Assembly (NCBI GenBank): GCA_963717145.1
Contig: OY970325.1
Span: 2,880,001-2,944,000 of the forward strand
Reading direction: 5' to 3'
Origin: an uncultured Armatimonadetes bacterium
GTDB taxonomy: Bacteria > Armatimonadota > UBA5829 > DTJY01
DNA length: 64,000 bases
In this document: positions 57,445-64,000 of the stretch, in pieces
Layout: each line of letters opens with the position of its first letter
How positions within the stretch are numbered: position 1 is the stretch's first letter
Position numbers and translations under genes: made by a program
Notes under the pieces: generated by a model
What the model saw: only the letters and a program-made list of their open reading frames with translations
Database searches by the model: none
What the model was told of the DNA's origin: nothing

Positions 57445-58344
57445 TCACGGATGCTCTAGGCGCGAGCGAATGGATGTCCACAGCCAAACTGGTAGTTCCG
57501 GATTCGCGGAGAGAATGCTTGCGATGTCACCTGGATTCATCGCCAGCACCGTACGTTCGCCAGAATGCTTCCTTATCCAATCCGAAGCTGGCTTAGTCAG
57601 GCCGGAAATGGAGATCAGCAATCCCGCCACGATTGGCGGCCTGTCAAGAAGCTTGCCCCAGAAGTCCCGTACCTGCGAACATGATACAGGTGAGCTATGC
57701 CACCGTGCCTCGCCGATGAAGAGCGTAGCACCGTACCAGAAGGAGAAATCGACTTGCTCGACCTCATTCCTCACGTCAAGGGTTGGGGACATGCCGTACA
57801 GATCCAGCAGCGCGACCATCCAGCGCTCGAACTCTTTTCCGCGCTCCTGCGGAGTACGATGGCTCGCTTGCATATCCTCCAGTTGTGCCCTAAGGATGAG
57901 CAGGCCCTGTTGACGCTGTTCAGCCTGGAATCTCTCCAAAGCAGCTTCGTGCTCCTTATGTTTTATCAGTTCAAAGTATCCTTCGTAGCTTAGATGCTGA
58001 TTGAACAATGCGAAGTCCCTGCATTGACGAGCAGACAGAACTGCATGACGAAGCGATCTGAGACCGTCCTCATCGCTGGCCGTTTGAACAAACTCTGTGT
58101 GAGCATGAACGCGGTATCCCGCTTCATTGGTGCGTTCCGCCAGACATGTTATTCCCGTGCTTCTGCTAGCCAACGCACCTATACTGGCGGCATACTGACC
58201 ATACGTGCCATTTGTCAATGCCTCTCTGCACAGTGCCGGCAGAACCTCTGGTATTGTGTAGACAGACATACCGCCGGAACGGATCTCCGTGTAGTAGTAG
58301 CCAAGATGATGGCAGGCTATGCAGTTGATATCCTGCTGATTCAT
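57445..58344 (-). CDS. Mrr-like PD-(D/E)xK restriction endonuclease domain protein with unrecognised N-terminus
   Basis: RGKEFE..EQVDFSF..GEARW..VRDFWGKL..GLLISISGLT; GAGGA SD before MNQQ. Confidence 0.7.
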   Translation of the reverse strand: MNQQDINCIACHHLGYYYTEIRSGGMSVYTIPEVLPALCREALTNGTYGQYAASIGALASRSTGITCLAERTNEAGYRVHAHTEFVQTASDEDGLRSLRHAVLSARQCRDFALFNQHLSYEGYFELIKHKEHEAALERFQAEQRQQGLLILRAQLEDMQASHRTPQERGKEFERWMVALLDLYGMSPTLDVRNEVEQVDFSFWYGATLFIGEARWHSSPVSCSQVRDFWGKLLDRPPIVAGLLISISGLTKPASDWIRKHSGERTVLAMNPGDIASILSANPELPVWLWTSIRSRLEHP

Positions 58345-58651
58345 TGTATCCTCACTTGAGCATGGCACTGCTCATCGCGCGGCCAGAGCGAATCCAGCAC
58401 TAGCTTGGGCTGCCACAGACCCAAGAACACTAGCGTGCCGACTATTCCGTGCCAGACTCCTGAAATGCATCTGGCAATACATTCTGCGACAGTCACTCCT
58501 ACTTCCCCTCCGTCCGTGATGGTACGAACCGCCAACTTGTCTCGTACCAACCGGCTTGTGCACCTGCGCCATGGGGACGAGACCGGCGCGAGAAGGCGTG
58601 GTCCCTCGGGTCAGGAGGGACGTTCGACCTCCTGCACGCGATCGCACACGT

Positions 58652-58830
58652 CTATCTTCCCCTGGTCGTCTCACGCATCGCCTTCATGATCTCCGTGCGC
58701 TGGGGCTCAGGGCGGAGGTCGATGTAGTCCGCATGCCGGAAGAATATCTGGCGGGCGCCGACCTCCGGGGGCGAGGCCGAACTCGCCGGCCAACTCCTCC
58801 GGCGAGTTCGGGACCCAGCAGCAGATCCGG
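58652..58830 (-). pseudogene. Degenerate 3' fragment of a gene homologous to the GHL10-like gene at 59970..61199
   Basis: CWVPNSPEEL..GARQIFFRHADYIDLRPEPQRTEIMKAM versus CWVPNTAAEF..GVRQMLFWEADYIDLRPEPQRGEIMKVM; contains a frameshift and has no start. Confidence 0.8.
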
Positions 58831-58859
58831 AAATGCGCACAGCCCATGCGATGTAGACT

Positions 58860-59933
58860 CTACGGATTCTCCCCGGTCTTTGTGCCCAGGTACTTGCGGC
58901 TGAAGTCGATATTCAGCTCGATCCACATCGGCAGGTGATCGGACATCTGGTAGCTACGCCATTCCTTGAAGGTTCCTCCCGGCCACTCACCAGGGGCGAG
59001 CGTCTTCCTCTCGCTCTCGGGCTTCTCCAACTGCTTCGCTTCGTAAGCCGCCCGGGCCTCCGCCAGGTATACCGCCTCATCATCCTTCTTGTAGACCGTG
59101 TCATAGTAGTTGAAGACACCCGCCTTGCCGCTGAACTCCAACGTCATCGGGTTCGGCATGAACGCGATCTGGTCATAGTGCTTGTTCTTGTCCACGTTCG
59201 AGCCGGGTATCTCCTTTAGCGCGTCGGGAATCTTGAAGTTGTTGTCAGTGATCGCCGTCATGGTGGCATCCTTGACTGAGAAGATGTTGAAATCGCCGAG
59301 GAGCACCATATTCTCCTCCATCTTCGCCTGATCGAGCGCTCGCTTGGAGATGAATTGGGCCAGGTTCTTGATCTCCGCCACGCGCTTAGGATCCTCGGGA
59401 TCGCTCTTACCATAGATGATGTGGACCGTGCAGAGATTGAACTTCGACCAGCCGGCCTTGAAGCCGCAGAGGAACGGGGTTCGTGCAAACTGCACGGCGG
59501 GCACCTTCTTGATCGGCGGCATCACGATCTCGCCTGCAAGTCCCGAGAACCGGACCTTCCGATTGTCATAGAGGAACGCCAACCGCTCGCCATTTCCCTC
59601 CGCGCCCGCGCAGACATCCGTTACAACGTGATCCCACCAACTGCCAAGAATGCTCTTGACCCGCTTCAATGCCTTCAGGTCATCCCGAACCTCCTGGACG
59701 GCCACCAGGTCGAAGTGCGAGATGATCTCCGCGATGTAGTAGAGCGACTCGTCGGTCCGCGGGCCGTACTTGGCGGTATCGAACTCACGGATGTTCCAGG
59801 TGGCGAGGAGCAGTGTGTCAGACAGGTTGCGCTTCGGTATCGCCTTGTCCAGCACGTCCCGCAGGGCAGTCAGTCCCTTTGCGGTGCGTTTTCCCTGTTC
59901 AGTCGTTTCGTCGATCTCGTAGTAAAACGGCAT
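58860..59933 (-). CDS. Endonuclease/exonuclease/phosphatase (DNase I-like) family protein
   Basis: ATWNIREF, VAVQEV, ERLAFLYD, FARTPF, LLGDFN, YDQI, SDHLP. Confidence 0.9.
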   Translation of the reverse strand: MPFYYEIDETTEQGKRTAKGLTALRDVLDKAIPKRNLSDTLLLATWNIREFDTAKYGPRTDESLYYIAEIISHFDLVAVQEVRDDLKALKRVKSILGSWWDHVVTDVCAGAEGNGERLAFLYDNRKVRFSGLAGEIVMPPIKKVPAVQFARTPFLCGFKAGWSKFNLCTVHIIYGKSDPEDPKRVAEIKNLAQFISKRALDQAKMEENMVLLGDFNIFSVKDATMTAITDNNFKIPDALKEIPGSNVDKNKHYDQIAFMPNPMTLEFSGKAGVFNYYDTVYKKDDEAVYLAEARAAYEAKQLEKPESERKTLAPGEWPGGTFKEWRSYQMSDHLPMWIELNIDFSRKYLGTKTGENP

Positions 59934-59969
59934 GTCGAATTCCCCTTTCGTCTTGGATTTTCTTACCGA

Positions 59970-61199
59970 TTACCTTATTAGTGATGAATCATGCATCACC
60001 TTCATGATCTCCCCGCGCTGGGGCTCGGGGCGGAGGTCGATGTAGTCGGCCTCCCAGAAGAGCATCTGGCGCACACCGAGCTTCCGGGCGAGGGCGAGGT
60101 CGCGCTCGAACTCCGCCGCCGTGTTCGGTACCCAGCAGTAGAGCCAGAGGGGGATGCGCCCCTCGGTCTCCTCCTCGAGGTCGCGGTATCCCGACTCCGG
60201 GGTCCCGCCGCCCGTGTAGTATCCGGCGGCGACCAGGGTATCGACGAGCCCCTCGCGCGCCCAGGTGCGGACATCGCACAGGATCCCACGAAGCGAGCCA
60301 TCGACCGCCCCACCCTCTTCGGGCCGCCCCCGATATCCCCACCGATGATGCACCATTGCGGCGAGCGTCACCCCCTTGTGCTTCTTCACCTCGGCGCGGA
60401 CCGACCGCATGTATTCGGTGATCGGCTCGGCGCGGCATTTCACCCATCGGTAGTCGCCGTTATCGACCTCATGCGGATCGACCCCATACTTCTTCTTGAA
60501 CGCAGCGATATTCGGCGACTCATAGCCATAGTTCGCCACTCCCGCGTCGTTCTGCGGGTTGTCGCGGATGTCGCCGGTGCGGATCCAGTCCAGGAAGATG
60601 CCATCGACATCGTAGGCGAGGATCTCCTTGACGAGCGCGAGCTTGTGGGCGCGGACCTCGGGGAAGGCGAAGCTCAGTTGGGAGTGATACGGGCGGCCGT
60701 CGCGCCGGACCCAGCGGAACTCGGGATGCGCAAGGGTGAATCGGGACTCCCAGCCCCAGCCGTGGTCATCCTCGTTGATCGACATCCAGGCGTGAATCTC
60801 GAGCCCGAGTTCGTGGCCGATCTTGATCGCATCTTTGAGCGAATCGTAGCCGGTGTAATCGAGCTTCTGCAGGCGGGCGACGACATCCGCCGACACCATG
60901 TAGGCCAAATCGCCGGATGTATGGCAATTGAGATCAGGGCTGGTGTCGCCCTTCATCGGGTCCAGAAGTTTGCTCGCATAGGTGGCCTTCCCGGCATCGA
61001 AGACGCGCCAGTAGACCCGCGTCCATCCCGACGCCTTGCACTGCTCGAGCATGTGCCGCACGCCCTCCGACCCCCAAGCGGGCTGATTGGCATGCACCAT
61101 CCAGTCGGAATGCGTGAGCGGCGAGGAGAGCACGATCGGCTTCTCCTCGGCATGGACGGTCGCGCAAAAGGCGATGAGCATGACAAGTATGTACCTCAT
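59970..61199 (-). CDS. Secreted GHL10/DUF187-like glycoside hydrolase
   Basis: Signal peptide; GHELGLEIHAW, HPEF, PEVRAHKL..EILAYDVDGIFLDWIR. Confidence 0.75.
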   Translation of the reverse strand: MRYILVMLIAFCATVHAEEKPIVLSSPLTHSDWMVHANQPAWGSEGVRHMLEQCKASGWTRVYWRVFDAGKATYASKLLDPMKGDTSPDLNCHTSGDLAYMVSADVVARLQKLDYTGYDSLKDAIKIGHELGLEIHAWMSINEDDHGWGWESRFTLAHPEFRWVRRDGRPYHSQLSFAFPEVRAHKLALVKEILAYDVDGIFLDWIRTGDIRDNPQNDAGVANYGYESPNIAAFKKKYGVDPHEVDNGDYRWVKCRAEPITEYMRSVRAEVKKHKGVTLAAMVHHRWGYRGRPEEGGAVDGSLRGILCDVRTWAREGLVDTLVAAGYYTGGGTPESGYRDLEEETEGRIPLWLYCWVPNTAAEFERDLALARKLGVRQMLFWEADYIDLRPEPQRGEIMKVMHDSSLIR

Positions 61200-62396
61200 G
61201 GCTGACGGACCGTGAAGGCGTAAACCTCGCCACGGCAGACGCCGAGGACCATCGAGTTGCCCATTGCCGCCAGCGAGATGAAGAGGTTGCCCGGAACCGC
61301 GTAGGTCCAGAGTGGCGCGCCGGTATGGGCATCGAGCGCGTAGATCTTCGAGCCGGGGACGAAGAGCGCGCCATTGAGCAGCGGCATCGGTGTCGGGGCT
61401 GATGCGTATGGCGTGTCGGCAGCCCACTTCTGGTCACCGGTCGAGGTGTCGAAGGCATAGACCTTGTTGTCACCGGGGCAGACGTATACGTACTCGCCGG
61501 CGGTCACCGGTGAGTCGCCATACGAGCCAACCGGCGCGGGCTTCTTCCACTTGATCCCGTGTGTGGCCGCATCATAGGCGTAGAGCATCCCGTTCGCCAG
61601 CCAGAAGACCTTGCCGTCCTTGACCATCGGCGAGGTCGCACGGGCGGACACCGGATTGAGGTTCCACTTCGGCGTTCCCTTGACCGCATCGACCGCATAG
61701 ATGCCCTTCGAGGAGCCGGTGTAGACGATGCCGCCCTCGATGGTCGGGTAGCTCGGCGTGCCCTTGTCGGTGGCGGACCATCGAGAGCGCACCCGTCCTG
61801 ACATCGACCGCGAAAACCGCATCCGTGCCGGTCCCATAGACCGCGTCGCCGGCGACCGTCAGCGTCCCGACCCTCGCGCACGGTACGCTCTTCTGCCAGC
61901 GCCGGTTGCCCGTGGGGAGATCGAACGCGGAGAGAGTCCCCCAGCCCGGGGAGACATACACGCATCCGTTCCCGACCCTGGGCAGGCTGTAAGTCTGGAC
62001 GACATTGCTCCCACCGGGCGTGGTGAGGGTGAGCGTCCATCGGATGCTGCCGTCCCTGGGATTGAGCGCCTGGAGCTTGCTGATGACCTCGCCGGTATCG
62101 CTGTTCGTCGTCGTCGAGGAGGCGACCACCAGCCCAGTGGACTGATCGACGTCGATCTGAGGCGCAGTCGTCACGCCCGCGCCAACCTCGACCAGTTTCG
62201 TGTGCCAGACCATGGTCAACTTCGAGGCGTTGGCGGCCCCGATCTCGGGGTATTCGGGCTTCACGAGTGGCAGAGTCAGGCCGGGAATCCGTATCGGCTT
62301 CTTCGGAACGGTGATCCGCCCAACCGCGAACGCCCGGTTCCCGGCGCATAGCACCACGGTACCTGCCAGTAGCACAAGCAGCCATCTGGTTCGCAT
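61196..62396 (-). CDS. Secreted PQQ-like (BamB-type) beta-propeller, +1 frameshift near 61785
   Basis: A(F/V)DxxTGxxxW repeats occur in both ORF 61572..62396 (N-part with signal peptide) and ORF 61196..61837 (C-part). The junction restores TGALRWSAT. Confidence 0.8.
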
Positions 62397-62409
62397 TCCT
62401 ACCTACCTC

Positions 62410-62718
62410 TTATTCCCTTTCTGATTGATGCCTCGCCGCAGCCTTATCAAGCGCCTCAATCACGTTCCTATAGACCTCACTTCTGTGCCCGACTTTGGCT
62501 ATGACGACGGCATCGTCCTTCATGACAAGATACACTATGCGGTAATCACCGACCCGGACACGATAGCCATACTTGGCCTCGGCAATCTTCTCAGCCCCTG
62601 GTTGATAGGGATCGTCTTGGAGTGCAAGGATCCTCTCAAACAGCGCCGTCTTAACGTCACGAGCAAGCTTCTTCATCTGCTTCCTGGCGCTGTTTGAGAT
62701 CACGACACGATAGGCCAT
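62410..62718 (-). CDS. relE: RelE/ParE-family toxin
   Basis: YRVVISNSARKQMKKL..LQDDPY..YRVRVGDYRIVY..KVGHRSEVY. Confidence 0.9.
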   Translation of the reverse strand: MAYRVVISNSARKQMKKLARDVKTALFERILALQDDPYQPGAEKIAEAKYGYRVRVGDYRIVYLVMKDDAVVIAKVGHRSEVYRNVIEALDKAAARHQSERE

Positions 62719-62725
62719 GGGTACT

Positions 62726-62993
62726 CTATATCCCCAACTCGTCTTTCAGTTGATCGAGAGATATGGTCTCGCCAGACCTTATACTCCTTGGCGGCCTGAC
62801 GAATGGCAGCGATATCGGTCTCATTCTCTATGCTCTTGACAAATTGCTCGAGTAGCTCAAAGTCGGCGATCGAGATCACTACAGCCACGCCCTTGCCATG
62901 CCTGGTCAACACCGTCGGCTCATTTCGATATGCGGCACGATTCAGGATGTCACTTAGTTCAGTTCTAGCCTTCTCAGCGGAAACGGTTGTCAT
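62726..62993 (-). CDS. Phd/YefM-family antitoxin, apparent +1 frameshift near 62777
   Basis: ARTELSDILNRA..EPTVLTRHGKGVAVVIS. The alternative frame gives the typical ending SGETISLDQLKDELGI-stop at 62726. Confidence 0.85.
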
Positions 62994-63004
62994 CGTGGTC
63001 TCTC

Positions 63005-63077
63005 CCTGTATAATCCGTAGGTTCTGTTATATCTGTACAGTCTGTCTAATGATACCACGATCCGCTCGAATCTGCAA
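63005..63077 (-). promoter_or_regulatory. TA promoter (TTGCAG-17-TATCAT) followed by putative operator repeats
   Basis: 9-bp periodic ACAGA-like units and a CTGTACAG palindrome lie between the -10 and the SD. Confidence 0.5.
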
Positions 63078-63080
63078 ACA

Positions 63081-63809
63081 CTATTTCTTCACCAGCGCGA
63101 AGCTGACGCTCACCGAATAGGTGACATCGATCCCCTCGGGATTGACCCCGAGGTTCGTTATGGGAAACCTGTCCGAATCCCGGTCGAACGACCAGGACTC
63201 ATCCTCGCATCCGATGCTTGTCACGTCTCCGATCGTCTTGCCCGTGAGCGCCGCCAGCCTGCTCGCCTTGGACCGAGCATCCTCAAGCGCCTTGGCCTGT
63301 GCCTGAGCCTCCGCCTCCTCGGACTTCACCAAGCCGTAGACGATCACGCTGTTCGGAGTCTCGCCATAGGAGTACGAATCCGAGGTGTCCAGAGAGGCTC
63401 CGGCCCTGATGGCCGCGTCGACGATATCGAAGGCCACCTTGGGATCGGGGGGAATGGTGACCGTCATCTGTTTGACGATCTCGGGGCGCGCCTGATCCGC
63501 TTCATCCGGGCTCCACGATCCGTCCTTCTGGCCGACCGAGATGTCCGTCACCTTGATCTCCTTGACGGCGCTGCCCTTGGCCTTGATCGCCTTCTCGATT
63601 TCCGCGACCTTCTCCTGCACTTTCTGGGCGGCATCGATCATTAGGATGCCGTCACCTTTCACACGAAGGGCGACATACGCCACATCCGGCTTGACCGTGA
63701 CCTTCCCCATGCCGCTGACCGACACTGCATCCTTCTGGCAATCTTGAGCCCACGCCCCGCTTGCCAGAACCACCAAAACCGCCAATACCACATACGCCTT
63801 GCTTCTCAT
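63081..63809 (-). CDS. SIMPL/DUF541 periplasmic protein
   Basis: Signal peptide; VSVSGMGKVTVKPD, ALEDARSKASRLAALTG, VSVSF. Confidence 0.85.
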   Translation of the reverse strand: MRSKAYVVLAVLVVLASGAWAQDCQKDAVSVSGMGKVTVKPDVAYVALRVKGDGILMIDAAQKVQEKVAEIEKAIKAKGSAVKEIKVTDISVGQKDGSWSPDEADQARPEIVKQMTVTIPPDPKVAFDIVDAAIRAGASLDTSDSYSYGETPNSVIVYGLVKSEEAEAQAQAKALEDARSKASRLAALTGKTIGDVTSIGCEDESWSFDRDSDRFPITNLGVNPEGIDVTYSVSVSFALVKK

Positions 63810-63842
63810 TTCCTTTTCTCCTCTCTTACCTCTCTTCACAAT

Positions 63843-63939
63843 GTAGGAGGGATTTGGCGGGATGGTTCGTGCCCGCCAATCCCGAATGGTTGGCCTTCGG
63901 GATTAGCGGGCACGAACCATCCCGCCAAATCCCTCCTAC
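63843..63939. repeat. GTAG...CTAC long palindrome (family D, ~44-bp arms)
   Basis: gtaggagggatttggcgggatggttcgtgcccgccaatcccgaa ... ttcgggattagcgggcacgaaccatcccgccaaatccctcctac (1 mismatch). Confidence 0.9.
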
Positions 63940-63959
63940 GTGGCTGGTCAACACGGGAC

Positions 63960-64000
63960 CTACTTCTTGACCAACTGGAAGGTGAAGCTCGTCATATCGA
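63960..64000 (-). CDS. 3' end of an upstream gene, possibly a SIMPL paralog
   Basis: Reads ..SFTFQLVKK-stop, resembling the ..VSFALVKK-stop ending of 63081..63809. Confidence 0.4.
   Translation of the reverse strand, partial: DMTSFTFQLVKK

Noticed and set aside
58341..58550. 69-aa ORF overlapping the start of the Mrr-like gene
   Set aside because: Short, with no recognisable motif or clear SD; it cannot be supported, though it is not excluded.
58652..60150. Possible DGR template/variable repeat pair
   Set aside because: Differences involve all bases, include synonymous-type changes and an indel, and are not adenine-specific. No reverse transcriptase is in the window.

Overview
High-GC bacterial chromosomal window, mostly housekeeping genes on the minus strand. 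Gene content and order suggest a Terrabacteria lineage, plausibly Armatimonadota; this is inference only. In order along the window: (1) a 2-oxoacid:ferredoxin oxidoreductase fragment; (2) a large Ig-like/phosphodiester-glycosidase-like gene bracketed by two related long palindromes; (3) a Rieske / cytochrome b6 / subunit IV / nine-heme cytochrome c operon with a Rex-like operator over its promoter; (4) recN and nadK; (5) several exported glycoside hydrolases; (6) a long dcw cluster (mraZ-rsmH-ftsL-ftsI-murE-murF-mraY-murD-ftsW-murG-murC-murB-ftsQ-DUF881-sbp-ftsA-ftsZ) followed by a radical SAM gene; (7) hicBA, pepE, accDA and pheA; (8) the rpsU-yqeY-7TM-HD-ybeY-dgkA-CNNM cluster; (9) an accessory right end with a GGDEF protein, two lower-GC orphan/Mrr-like nuclease genes, a DNase I-like nuclease bracketed by a partial gene duplication, and a Phd-RelE pair. 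The most striking non-coding signal is a dense set of distinct palindromic mini-elements. These are four GTAG-REP-like families, three other palindrome families, inverted 7-8-mer tandem repeats and a ~300-bp MITE-like element. In three genes the REP's GTAG tetranucleotide supplies the TAG stop codon, and one palindrome sits in frame inside a radical SAM gene. Four single-base frameshifts, one in essential murD, most likely reflect assembly indels. No rRNA, tRNA, CRISPR array or intact transposase was recognised. All family assignments come from motif recognition by eye, not from database searches.
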